Below, piece after piece: positions 17,374 to 26,028 of a DNA stretch of 56,088 bases. Position 1 is the first letter of the stretch, and each line of letters begins with the position of its first letter. The stretch lies in NCBI GenBank assembly GCA_964486025.1, contig CAZAKL010000003.1, forward strand, positions 1-56,088, given 5' to 3'. A program made the position numbers and the translations under genes. This stretch comes from an uncultured archaeon (GTDB lineage: Archaea; Iainarchaeota; Iainarchaeia; JAADDC01). The notes under the pieces are model-generated. The model was given only the letters and a program-made list of their open reading frames with translations, did no database searches and was not told where the DNA came from.

Positions 17374-18279
17374 ATGGGAATAAAGGAAACGCTGATTGAC
17401 GCCCTTGAGGCTGTTGAGCTGATGAACGAGGCAAGACTTTCTGGAACGGGTTTGTTCAGGCTGCCGATTACCGCTATCAACGGGGAATTCTACACTCCCG
17501 ACTCCGGCGGGTTTCCTGTATATATGACCGTCTGGCGCTACCCGAGAAGGAACAGGTTTCCCGCTTTTACTCTTTTCACTGTAGAGGATAAAAACTTTTT
17601 CAAGGCGATAGAGGCGGACATTCTGAATAAAGAAACGTTCGTGGATGACCTGAAGAAGGGAATTGAGAAAATAGCCGAATTTACAATCGGCAAGAACGTT
17701 CCACAGCATAAGCACCCATACATTGAAGTAACGCCCCTTCAAAGGCTTTCTCTTTCAGAGATTGAACCGCAGGTGGAAAGTCTTGATAAGATATTTAAAA
17801 ACAACAGATACATAGAACACAGAAAGAGAGAGGTAATGGACTTCATTTCCGGAATAGAAAAGTTAAAGAACTCTGAAGGGTTTGTTACAGCTTTCATAGG
17901 AGTTTCAACGGTGAGAAGAGTCGATACAAGCGACACAAGAACGTCAAAGCAATACGTCTACCTTGCATGCGACAGAGACGGCTTCTACTGGCGCAGCCGT
18001 CTTAATAGTGAAAACACTTTTGACCTTTATCAGCTATACTTCAGAGCACTTCCCTTCATAGACGAAAGCGACGACATGTATGTTGACTTTTCAAACGTTT
18101 CGCTTCTTAACAACAAGGCTGGCAATTTTCTCTTGGCTGGAAATTTGAGGGAAGTAGTAAAGACCGCCCTTGACGTTGCCAGAAACGCACCGCCGGTGAA
18201 GATAGCAATGAGGATGGAAGAGCTTCAGAAGCTCATATTCAGCAGGAAGCCCGGGACTACGATAAAACCTAAAACGTAG
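17374..18279 (+). CDS. Hypothetical protein (301 aa)
   Basis: AGGAGG SD, 9-nt gap to the VWA gene. No motif recognised. Confidence 0.6.
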   Translation: MGIKETLIDALEAVELMNEARLSGTGLFRLPITAINGEFYTPDSGGFPVYMTVWRYPRRNRFPAFTLFTVEDKNFFKAIEADILNKETFVDDLKKGIEKIAEFTIGKNVPQHKHPYIEVTPLQRLSLSEIEPQVESLDKIFKNNRYIEHRKREVMDFISGIEKLKNSEGFVTAFIGVSTVRRVDTSDTRTSKQYVYLACDRDGFYWRSRLNSENTFDLYQLYFRALPFIDESDDMYVDFSNVSLLNNKAGNFLLAGNLREVVKTALDVARNAPPVKIAMRMEELQKLIFSRKPGTTIKPKT

Positions 18280-18289
18280 GAGGACAGCA

Positions 18290-19477
18290 ATGAGAAAAAT
18301 AGAAATGCAGAAAGATAAGGGAATATGCGAGGGGTTTTTTGGCGAGCTGTTCGGGAATGTGGGATTTTTCAACGACGCCTACATTCTGCCCAATAAGCCG
18401 ATAAAACTTCTAATCGGATACGAGGCGAAGGAACTTGACGTCTATCTTGACGAAGAAGGAATCAAGTATCTGATAGACATGTTCAGACACTTTACATTTG
18501 GGGAAAACGCGGAGAAAGAGGAATACAAGAGAATAGAAGACTTTGCTGTAAGAATTCCGGAATACAACTTCAGGGTCCACCTTTTAAAGGTGGGAGCCTC
18601 AAGAGACTACAACGCCTTTATTCTCCGCAGGCAGTTTCACTACATTCCAAAACCTGAGCAGCTGAAGATTCCGGCACCGGTCGTCCAGACTTTCATTTCG
18701 GAAGTAGAGAAGGGCAACGGCGGACTCATCCTGCTCGTCGGGAAGCAGAGGCAGGGGAAGTCAACAACTGCAGCTTCCCTCCTTGACGAGGTGAACGAAA
18801 AAGAAACAGATAAGGTAATAGTGACCGTCGAAAACCCAATAGAATACATACTTGAGCCGAAAAAGAGTGTCGTGATACAGAAAGACGTAATCACCTACGC
18901 CGACGAGAAGGTTTCCTCAACGGAAGAACTGATAGAGAAGGCTTCAAGGAACGCCCTGATTTCCGCTGCAAGGGAATTTCCATCTGTCGTCCTGATTGGG
19001 GAAATCAGGACGAAGTTTGAAGTTGATATGGCTGTTTCCCTTGCAGAGAGCGGCGTCCTGGTGGTCGGAAGCTTCCACGGTGAGAGCGTTCCGAAGGCAC
19101 TGGTGCGCTTTTTGAACATGGCAACGGCTGGCGCTTCTTCCGAAAGTGAGAGGAAGCTTAGAAGGCTTCAGGTCGTTTCAATGATACGCGCAACCGTCGG
19201 GCAGAAGCTTCTTCCGAACAGGGACAACAGAGAAAAGCTTGAACTTGTCACCGAATACCTGATACATAATCCAAGTATCCTTGAAGTTAAGACTCTGATG
19301 AACCTTCTTATACAGGACAAGCCGTTTGACTTCTTCCTGAACTTCGGAAGGAAGAAGAGCCAATACGTCGTTTCTCTGCCGAACGCCCTGTCTGAAGCCG
19401 TTGCGGAAGGAAGAATATCAAAAGAGGACGCTAACGCTGCGAACCCATACGCTGTTTCTTCGGTTTATGCTACTTAG
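18290..19477 (+). CDS. Divergent PilT/VirB11-superfamily secretion ATPase
   Basis: Walker A GKQRQGKST, Asp-box-like VVLIGEIRTKFE, His-box-like GSFHGES. AGGAGG SD. Confidence 0.7.
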   Translation: MRKIEMQKDKGICEGFFGELFGNVGFFNDAYILPNKPIKLLIGYEAKELDVYLDEEGIKYLIDMFRHFTFGENAEKEEYKRIEDFAVRIPEYNFRVHLLKVGASRDYNAFILRRQFHYIPKPEQLKIPAPVVQTFISEVEKGNGGLILLVGKQRQGKSTTAASLLDEVNEKETDKVIVTVENPIEYILEPKKSVVIQKDVITYADEKVSSTEELIEKASRNALISAAREFPSVVLIGEIRTKFEVDMAVSLAESGVLVVGSFHGESVPKALVRFLNMATAGASSESERKLRRLQVVSMIRATVGQKLLPNRDNREKLELVTEYLIHNPSILEVKTLMNLLIQDKPFDFFLNFGRKKSQYVVSLPNALSEAVAEGRISKEDANAANPYAVSSVYAT

Positions 19478-19486
19478 GGAGGAGGC

Positions 19487-19711
19487 GTGTGCGTAAAAGT
19501 TGAGACTGTATGGGGAAGTGAGACCTTCCCGGAAGAGATACTGAACCTTCCAGAAGAACACTACAGAGACCTGCTGAGGAAAGAGGAATATTCCGATAAG
19601 GTTTTAAAGCTGATGCGCCTGCGCGATGCGCTTCTCGACGGCTTGAACGTTATTCCGCCCGAGAAGGTTGAGAAGTTCGTTTCAGTGATGAGGAAGATAA
19701 AACTGATTTGA
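19487..19711 (+). CDS. Hypothetical protein (74 aa, GTG start)
   Basis: GGGAGGAGG SD; operon context. Confidence 0.5.
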   Translation: MCVKVETVWGSETFPEEILNLPEEHYRDLLRKEEYSDKVLKLMRLRDALLDGLNVIPPEKVEKFVSVMRKIKLI

Positions 19712-19721
19712 GAGGAAAGAG

Positions 19722-20435
19722 ATGCTCTTTGATTTTGATAAAGTGAAGAGAAAAGCCGAAAGCTATGACGAACCGTTCTTCTTTCTCGGAAGAACGGCTA
19801 TGTATGTCATGAAAAAGGTTTTTGACGCAGAGGAAAGGGCAGTTAAAGGGCTTCAATACGCTCTGAGGAACGGCGGGGTAGAAAACGCACTACTGACTTT
19901 AAAGGATAAAGTGAAAGATTTCCTCAAAAAGCCGTCTGCGAAAAACTTCTCTTCTCTAACCAGACTTGCGTGTCTCGTTGAACTGGTAAGGGATTCAGAA
20001 GCTCTGCGTTCCACCCCCGAACTTGCTGCCTTCCGCTCCGGCGTTTTGACAGCAATCATGGCTGCAGAGGTCAGGAAAAAGCCGATTAAGAAAGCCCTGC
20101 TTGACGCTACCTACAAATTCCTTGAGAGAAATAACCTTGAAAGTGAATTTTCAAAAAGGCTGAGAAGGGCAATCTCAGAGCTTTCCGTTGAAGAGGTTGA
20201 TAGGGGACTTACGGTAGAGGAAGCGATTAAGCTTGCAGTTCTGCTTGACGAGCTTCAGGAAGGGAACGCCGACGTTCTTGAAAATGAAGAGAACGCAAAG
20301 ATATACGCGAAGTTTCTGATAAAGACAGGGAACGACGAGGCGGTTACCCTGTTCGCTTCAGAACACGCAAACGAGATAGATGCCGACTTCAGGGATTCAA
20401 CGAAGATTTACGTTGAAAGTCCCCGCCTTAACTGA
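19722..20435 (+). CDS. Hypothetical all-helical protein (237 aa)
   Basis: SD GAGAGGAAAG. Last gene of the operon, followed by a hairpin. Confidence 0.55.
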   Translation: MLFDFDKVKRKAESYDEPFFFLGRTAMYVMKKVFDAEERAVKGLQYALRNGGVENALLTLKDKVKDFLKKPSAKNFSSLTRLACLVELVRDSEALRSTPELAAFRSGVLTAIMAAEVRKKPIKKALLDATYKFLERNNLESEFSKRLRRAISELSVEEVDRGLTVEEAIKLAVLLDELQEGNADVLENEENAKIYAKFLIKTGNDEAVTLFASEHANEIDADFRDSTKIYVESPRLN

Positions 20436-20442
20436 AGGCGGG
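20422..20442 (+). terminator. Hairpin at the end of the MoxR-VWA operon
   Basis: CCCGCC-TTAACTGAA-GGCGGG spanning the stop codon. Weak T-tail. Confidence 0.4.
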
Positions 20443-20584
20443 CATTTCGCTATACTCGTCCGTCTAACTTTCTGCCTGTCTTTTTTCTTATTTACCCCAC
20501 CCCATTACTTAAAGAAGATAAAGAAGAAAGGAATACTTTCTACTTTCAGTCCACTCTATTAGTGATTTCTCTGCCATAGCTACT

Positions 20585-21115
20585 CTACCTCAGGTTCCTT
20601 ACAACTTCGGGCAGCCTTTCCTGTAAAATCTTCTCTATACTCACCTTTTCGTTGATGCTGCTGGCTTCCCACAATATAAACCAATCGGGCATGCTTCTCG
20701 TGTAGTCCCAGTATTTCGTCCCGTTGGGTAGGAACACCATAACAGGTTGCATCACGCATAAGTCAAGGGATTGAGGAACGTTACCCTCGTCGGGTTCATA
20801 CTCTATAAAGAAGAGGTCTTCCGGACGGACGCTTATCCCCTCGTTTTCAAGGACCATGTGAAAGAACGACGCAAAGTGTTCAATCCCGTTTACAAGAGAG
20901 CTTCCGCCTTCATTTACCCCTTTTTCTTTGAGGATTTTCGGACTGCTCGTCACCACCGCGGCATAGACCTCTCTGCCGCCGACCGGAACTCTGTAGAGTT
21001 CCACGAACGCGTGACCGCGCCTGACGCTCTTTCTGTCCGAAAAAACCGCAGAAAAGGGGATGGGATATCCGATTACAAACTCGCCGACCTTTTCCACTTT
21101 TGTCGCTTCTACCAT
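20585..21115 (-). CDS. Hypothetical protein (176 aa)
   Basis: Follows the primase gene on the same strand. No motif recognised. Confidence 0.55.
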   Translation of the reverse strand: MVEATKVEKVGEFVIGYPIPFSAVFSDRKSVRRGHAFVELYRVPVGGREVYAAVVTSSPKILKEKGVNEGGSSLVNGIEHFASFFHMVLENEGISVRPEDLFFIEYEPDEGNVPQSLDLCVMQPVMVFLPNGTKYWDYTRSMPDWFILWEASSINEKVSIEKILQERLPEVVRNLR

Positions 21116-21133
21116 TACTACCCCCTGCAGGAT

Positions 21134-22102
21134 TTAGGCTGGTGACATAGTGGGTTTCGCGCTTTCAACCGGACGAACCCTTATGGGTTCACCTCTGACG
21201 AGAGCTTCGTTAAGGTCCTTTGAAGAAAAGACGAACTCAAAAACTTCCTTGTCCGTAAGTTCTTCCAGCAGTTTCTCTTTCGCCTCTTTACCCGCGTCGT
21301 CGTTGTCGAGTCCGAGAACTATTCTGTCGTAGTTTTCAAAGACGCCCTTCTCAAGCGCCCTGTCAACCATGACGACGCTGTTTAATATCAGCACATCGTA
21401 GTCGGAGTTTCTGTTGAGCTGTTCAACGGTCAGCGCGTCAAACAGCCCTTCCACGACAACGAGTTTTCCGTTTTCCCTTCCCCTCTTTATCAGGGAAAAA
21501 GAGTGTTCCTGTTCGGGGTCTGTCCTGAGGTTTATCTTCATTTTTGGGTTTCTTATCACCCAGCTTCCGGTCTCGGTCTGCACGCCTACGCCCCAGAACT
21601 TCTTTACCTCACCGGTATCCTTCCTTACTACCTCAAAGGAAACCTCTTTGAGCCAGGGGGGGATTTTCCTTATGCCCCTCTCTTTCAGGTATTCAAGCAG
21701 TTTTCCGTATTTCACCTGCCTCACGTTTGACTTTAAAACGTCATAGGAAGATTCTTTCTTCCTCTTCCCTGCGCTCTTCCACTTTCTAACGAGCGCTTTC
21801 TTTTCGAGGTCGTCGTATATGCCGAGGAACTTTTCTTTCAGATACCTGATGCTCTCTGCAAGGTCCCAGCCGAGAGCTTCCATGTAGAGATCTATCCAGG
21901 TTCCACCCTTCCCTGAACCGAAGTCCTTCCACAGCCATATTCCGTCAACCTGCCTGATTGATACGGAAGGGGTTCTTTCATCCCGCCAGACCGCAAGTGC
22001 CATTATCTGCGACGGGTATTCCCTGTAGGGAATACTGAGGTCGTTTAAAATTAGCTCTGGTGGCAGAGCTTTTATCAGTTCAAGTTCATGTTCCCTGTCC
22101 AT
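21134..22102 (-). CDS. DnaG-like primase (Toprim domain) with a cysteine-less zinc-finger-like N-terminus
   Basis: Toprim motifs VVVEGLFDALTV and LGLDNDDAGKEA. The N-terminus AVWRDERTPSVSI...WKDFGSGKGGTWIDLY aligns by eye to the CHC2 finger pattern, but all metal ligands are replaced. Confidence 0.75.
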   Translation of the reverse strand: MDREHELELIKALPPELILNDLSIPYREYPSQIMALAVWRDERTPSVSIRQVDGIWLWKDFGSGKGGTWIDLYMEALGWDLAESIRYLKEKFLGIYDDLEKKALVRKWKSAGKRKKESSYDVLKSNVRQVKYGKLLEYLKERGIRKIPPWLKEVSFEVVRKDTGEVKKFWGVGVQTETGSWVIRNPKMKINLRTDPEQEHSFSLIKRGRENGKLVVVEGLFDALTVEQLNRNSDYDVLILNSVVMVDRALEKGVFENYDRIVLGLDNDDAGKEAKEKLLEELTDKEVFEFVFSSKDLNEALVRGEPIRVRPVESAKPTMSPA

Positions 22103-22116
22103 CTCTGCCCTCGCGT

Positions 22117-22145
22117 TTGACTTAGGCGTTTCGATACTTTATTAT
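22117..22145 (+). promoter_or_regulatory. Sigma70-like promoter
   Basis: TTGACT (22117-22), 17-nt spacer, TATTAT (22140-45). AAGGAGG SD, ATG at 22172. Confidence 0.5.
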
Positions 22146-22171
22146 TATAAAAAATGATAAGGAGGAATCAA

Positions 22172-22735
22172 ATGCGATACGAAGTGAACCTGCTGGTGAC
22201 CCAGAACGCAAAGGTAAGAATGGACATAAACCACAAGGGGGACATCTACATTGAGATTTTCAGGAAAATTGGGGAAACAGAGAAAAACGGAAAGAAGCTC
22301 CCAATTTTCTACGACAGGGGAAGGAACCTGTCCGATTCCAGGACTATGAAGCTGAACGTGAACGAGCTTGCGACAATCAAGAGAGGGTTGAGGATTTTCA
22401 TAGACGAGGGACTTGAGGCGTTTCAGAAGTATGCAGCAAGGGTGATGGGGAACGAGAAATATAACAACCTTCTCTTCCCACACCAGAGCAATCTCGTGGG
22501 ATTGAGGGCATACAAGGGAAAAAACGGAAAGGAATACATAGGTTTTGAAGTTCAGGACGGGGAAACAAACGAAAGATACAACGCCTTCACGTCAGACCTG
22601 GCTGTGCTGGAAGGCATATATGAAAAGCTCACTTTCTTGCTCGGAAAGTCCCTTGAAAACAAAACTGCGGTTTCAAGAAGGGCCAGACCAGAAACAGAAG
22701 TGGATGAGGAGGAAGAGATTGGTCCAAGACCGTAA
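22172..22735 (+). CDS. Hypothetical protein with an acidic C-terminal tail (187 aa)
   Basis: The ATG at 22172 follows AAGGAGG. The tail is ETEVDEEEEIGPRP. No family recognised. Confidence 0.6.
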   Translation: MRYEVNLLVTQNAKVRMDINHKGDIYIEIFRKIGETEKNGKKLPIFYDRGRNLSDSRTMKLNVNELATIKRGLRIFIDEGLEAFQKYAARVMGNEKYNNLLFPHQSNLVGLRAYKGKNGKEYIGFEVQDGETNERYNAFTSDLAVLEGIYEKLTFLLGKSLENKTAVSRRARPETEVDEEEEIGPRP

Positions 22736-23777
22736 GGGTTTCTTCTCAACCGAAATGGTCATCGTTATAGCCGTTACGATGCTGATTGCGTCAGCGCTCA
22801 CGGAAGTAATATCAACCGGGATTAGGTATTACAAGAAGTTTGTTGCTCTCCAGGAAATGAGAAGAATTGCAGAGGGGATAAAGAAATACTACGAAGAGAA
22901 CGCGTTTCTAGTAAACAGCCGGCGGATTGATTCCCTCTATTCAGATGTTCTCCCTGACGGGTCTCCGTCGGTCCGTCTTCCTCTCCCCGACGGGTCGTTT
23001 CTGGTTCCAGAGATAGACTACGACAGAAGCTCCAACCCGTCGGGGCTTCGCTACTTCTCGACAAACCCTTTCGATGAGGGCGGAACGAACTTCAGAATAT
23101 ACATCTCGCCCCTGAAGGAAGACCCAGCAGGGAGGTATGCATACAGGGACATCTGGATAATAGACACCAAGGGCAGAAGGCACAGGATGCTGTCAAAAAT
23201 AGTGAACGGGGAAATCCAGTGCGACCCGTCCGAAGTATGCTATCGAGTCTCAGGCAGGGACATAACCGAAGACCTCTACGAGAAGACAATTCAGCAGGTT
23301 GAAAAAATTGCTGCAAAGCTTTCGGACTACACCGGTTCCCGCTACGCCGCAGATCCAAGAAAGTCGACGCTGAAATACTACTTTGCGAACACCGATACGA
23401 ACGGATATAGCGATGCCCACTGCACGGGCGGTCCGGGATGCTACTTTGCGTCCGCAAGCGAGATACCGAACACATACAGGGTAACGCACTATTCGGACAT
23501 AACAGAACAGACCATAGACGGACATGTCACGGTCTCCTATTCAACGGCAGGGCTTTCATACGTCCCGAACCTGTCCCTGCTTTCGCAGATAGTTCCGCAG
23601 CTCTTTTCGCCTGAAGAGATAGAGACGCCATTTAGAACGAGAGTCTGGTTCGACAACAGCAGTCCGAACGTAAGAAATCCGCAAACGTTAGGACTGAGCA
23701 ACCTTGGGGGCTACAACGCCCTGCTCGTTACCTGCATTGACGATACTCACTGTGTAACATACAGGGTGTCCCAATAG
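22704..23777 (+). CDS. Large pilin-like protein (prepilin-type N-terminus, 357 aa)
   Basis: MRRKRLVQDRKG|FFSTEMVIVIAVTMLIASAL: G-1, F+1, E+5. The upstream 53 codons of the tracked ORF overlap the previous gene. Confidence 0.7.
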   Translation: MRRKRLVQDRKGFFSTEMVIVIAVTMLIASALTEVISTGIRYYKKFVALQEMRRIAEGIKKYYEENAFLVNSRRIDSLYSDVLPDGSPSVRLPLPDGSFLVPEIDYDRSSNPSGLRYFSTNPFDEGGTNFRIYISPLKEDPAGRYAYRDIWIIDTKGRRHRMLSKIVNGEIQCDPSEVCYRVSGRDITEDLYEKTIQQVEKIAAKLSDYTGSRYAADPRKSTLKYYFANTDTNGYSDAHCTGGPGCYFASASEIPNTYRVTHYSDITEQTIDGHVTVSYSTAGLSYVPNLSLLSQIVPQLFSPEEIETPFRTRVWFDNSSPNVRNPQTLGLSNLGGYNALLVTCIDDTHCVTYRVSQ

Positions 23778-23787
23778 GAGGACCGGG

Positions 23788-24225
23788 ATGTTGCTTGTTC
23801 TGCTAACCCTGATTCTGTCCTCTACGGCAAACGCGATTGAAGTTGTTCTTCCCGCTTACACATACGAAAATCCGATACAGGCTTGTCTTGAAAACGCGGC
23901 AGAGAAGTTCAACGTTCCTCTTTCTCTGCTCTACAGGATTGCAAGGGTGGAGAGTGACTTTAACCCTTACGCCCTGCACCCGAACAGGGACGGAACGCTT
24001 GACGTGGGGCTTCTGCAGATAAACAGCAGAAACATAAAGAGGTTCGGCTACACGGTAAAGGAAGTTTACGAAAATCCCTGCCTCGGCATAGAACTCGGGG
24101 CGAGGTATTTGAGGGAATGCATTGACAGATACGGTCTCAACAAGAAGGGAATCGGCTGCTACCACAGCCGGACGCCGTCTCTGTCCAGGAAGTATGCGTC
24201 AAAAATTCTCGCAGGGAGCGAATAA
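23788..24225 (+). CDS. Lytic transglycosylase (SLT domain, VirB1-like)
   Basis: Signal peptide. Catalytic-Glu motif RVESDFNPYA, then GLLQINS and a Y-rich C-terminus. Confidence 0.85.
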   Translation: MLLVLLTLILSSTANAIEVVLPAYTYENPIQACLENAAEKFNVPLSLLYRIARVESDFNPYALHPNRDGTLDVGLLQINSRNIKRFGYTVKEVYENPCLGIELGARYLRECIDRYGLNKKGIGCYHSRTPSLSRKYASKILAGSE

Positions 24226-24765
24226 TTGAGAAAAAGAGGTAAAATTAACAATGTCGTTATTATGGATAACGATGTCGTATTCCCCCACGGAGAGGAAATG
24301 GAATTAGACAGGATTGTGGCGACTTTTAAGGATTACCTCAGCATTGCTGGTATAAGCAGTCAATCACTTGCTGCTTATACCACGCCTTTCAAGAGAATTG
24401 TTGACACGTATATGAAAGAAAACCACATCTTTGACATTTCAATTGAGGACGTTGAGAAGGCAATTGACAGGTTTATAGAGGACGAAAAGTTCCGTGAAAA
24501 GGTAAAAGGGAACAGGAACTACAACTGGAAAAAGGTAATAGAGTATGCAATCGGATTCATCAATCACTATAAGGAATTGACTTTTCTTTCAAAGAAAGAA
24601 GGGGACTGGATAATCAGATGCACGAAAATATTTGCGGAACCGATATACGTGAAAGATTGGGAGGAGTCAAAGACTGGTGCGTTCATAAGAATAAAGACCG
24701 TTGAGGGAAAAGAGTTTTTCATAAACTCATCTATTGTTCTCTATATCAAGAGAAACGATGAGTAG
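24226..24765 (+). CDS. Hypothetical protein (AT-rich islet)
   Basis: TTG start; an internal ATG (MDNDVV) is possible. Visibly more AT-rich than the flanks. Confidence 0.5.
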   Translation: MRKRGKINNVVIMDNDVVFPHGEEMELDRIVATFKDYLSIAGISSQSLAAYTTPFKRIVDTYMKENHIFDISIEDVEKAIDRFIEDEKFREKVKGNRNYNWKKVIEYAIGFINHYKELTFLSKKEGDWIIRCTKIFAEPIYVKDWEESKTGAFIRIKTVEGKEFFINSSIVLYIKRNDE

Positions 24766-24770
24766 GGGAA

Positions 24771-25838
24771 ATGGCACTTGAAGCACTTGCAGTTGAGGTC
24801 GGCAAAGAAACAGCTAAGGAATTAACAAAAGCTTTGTTCAGAAGATTAATGGGCAAGTTGGCTCATGGGGTTCCCTCAGATTTCATACGGAAGGTTACGT
24901 GCTACAATCAGGGAAAAGTTCTTGAGTTCTGGTATCATCTCGGGAATTATTGTAAGCAAAATGAGAAAGTAGAGGAAATCGGGAGACTGCAGGTTGGTTC
25001 AGAGGTTAAGATTACGAGAGAGGAAGCAAAGCTGTTAGACAAAGAAATCCGAGAACTAATGAAATACAGGGAAAATTTATTGGCTATCTTACTGGAGGTT
25101 TACAAGGAAAATAAAAACTACATCCTGGAGTATTTCAAACTGAGAGGGAAACTTTACGGCAGAGATGAGACTTCTCCGAGAGTGACCATAAAAGTATTTG
25201 TAGAGGAAAACAAAGTAGATTACTTGTTGAAAGATTTCTTTCCCAATAATGCATTATCAAAGCCTTTTCATGTAGAGGAAAACACGGCAATTGAGAAAGT
25301 TTTTGATAATCAAGGTTACAGAGCTTTAATCAATGACATACCCGGCTTTTATGAACACGAGAAAAGGGTATATAAAAATCCTCGATTAGATTCTAAGAGA
25401 GTCTTAAGATATTCAACGTCTCTGGTAGAGAAGATAAAAATCGGTCTTCACAGAAAATTAACGGAAAAGGTATATGTAGACAGGGATTGGAAAAATTGTT
25501 GGATAGATGGAAATGAAACCACAGATAATGCTTTCTATAAGTCGACTATGATAATACCCATGACTTTAATTAATAATAGGATAGGTGAGGAGTTCAGGCG
25601 ATACTTAGGCATATTTCTAACTTCAACCAAGGAGGAATATATTAGGGCTATATACGGTTTCCTCTGTTTTGATTCAGTATATACCGATTTTTTTGATGAT
25701 ACGGATGAAGACATGGGCTACTTCTTCGCTGATATTTTCTCACTCTATCTTGTGCCATTCAGGATAAAGAGACTTGACTTGACAAAAGTCGTGATTAGTA
25801 ATAGAAATACAAGGTATGGGAGGGAAAATGAAAAATAA
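24771..25838 (+). CDS. Hypothetical protein (355 aa); the C-terminal half is faintly GAF-like
   Basis: KSTMIIPMT...IYGFLCFDSVYTDFFDDTDEDMGYFFADIFSLYL resembles the end of a GAF fold. Weak, by eye only. Confidence 0.55.
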   Translation: MALEALAVEVGKETAKELTKALFRRLMGKLAHGVPSDFIRKVTCYNQGKVLEFWYHLGNYCKQNEKVEEIGRLQVGSEVKITREEAKLLDKEIRELMKYRENLLAILLEVYKENKNYILEYFKLRGKLYGRDETSPRVTIKVFVEENKVDYLLKDFFPNNALSKPFHVEENTAIEKVFDNQGYRALINDIPGFYEHEKRVYKNPRLDSKRVLRYSTSLVEKIKIGLHRKLTEKVYVDRDWKNCWIDGNETTDNAFYKSTMIIPMTLINNRIGEEFRRYLGIFLTSTKEEYIRAIYGFLCFDSVYTDFFDDTDEDMGYFFADIFSLYLVPFRIKRLDLTKVVISNRNTRYGRENEK

Positions 25839-26028
25839 AGAGTGGATTTCCGTTGCATACATTCCCAGCTCTTCGGAAGACGCAGTGCTGATTATAGACA
25901 TTGAAAATAGGAGAATCCGCAAAGAACCCCTCAGACAAGGGTCCGTGAAGATTAATAACTTTAAGGGAAAAGTATTTGCTTTCTCAAGCGATTTCTTAAA
26001 AGAGCTAAATGAAATGGCAGTTAAGTAG
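25816..26028 (+). CDS. Hypothetical small protein (70 aa)
   Basis: Overlaps the previous gene by 23 nt. ACTTGACAAA lies ~30 nt upstream. Confidence 0.4.
   Translation: MGGKMKNKEWISVAYIPSSSEDAVLIIDIENRRIRKEPLRQGSVKINNFKGKVFAFSSDFLKELNEMAVK

Noticed and set aside
20525-20541. AGAAAG-GAATA-CTTTCT hairpin as a terminator for the 176-aa gene.
   Set aside because: A six-bp AT-rich stem is too weak to call, especially for a probable thermophile.
22545-22703. Upstream extension of the pilin-like ORF. Similarly, the 35919 start for polB, the 37342 start for the 105-aa gene, the 39599 start for the membrane protein and the 14228 start for MoxR.
   Set aside because: The extensions overlap the preceding gene in another frame and lack SDs. 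The internal starts have GGAGG-type SDs and, for the pilin-like protein, a canonical leader.
22172-22735. Calling the 187-aa protein with an acidic tail a second ssDNA-binding protein.
   Set aside because: The only support is the acidic C-terminus and the neighbourhood of the primase. No OB-fold or other motif was recognised.
24226-24765. Calling the 179-aa protein an integrase fragment because of a SAM-like, core-binding-type N-terminal helix pattern.
   Set aside because: There is no catalytic R-K-H-R-H-Y domain, and the similarity is vague and by eye only.
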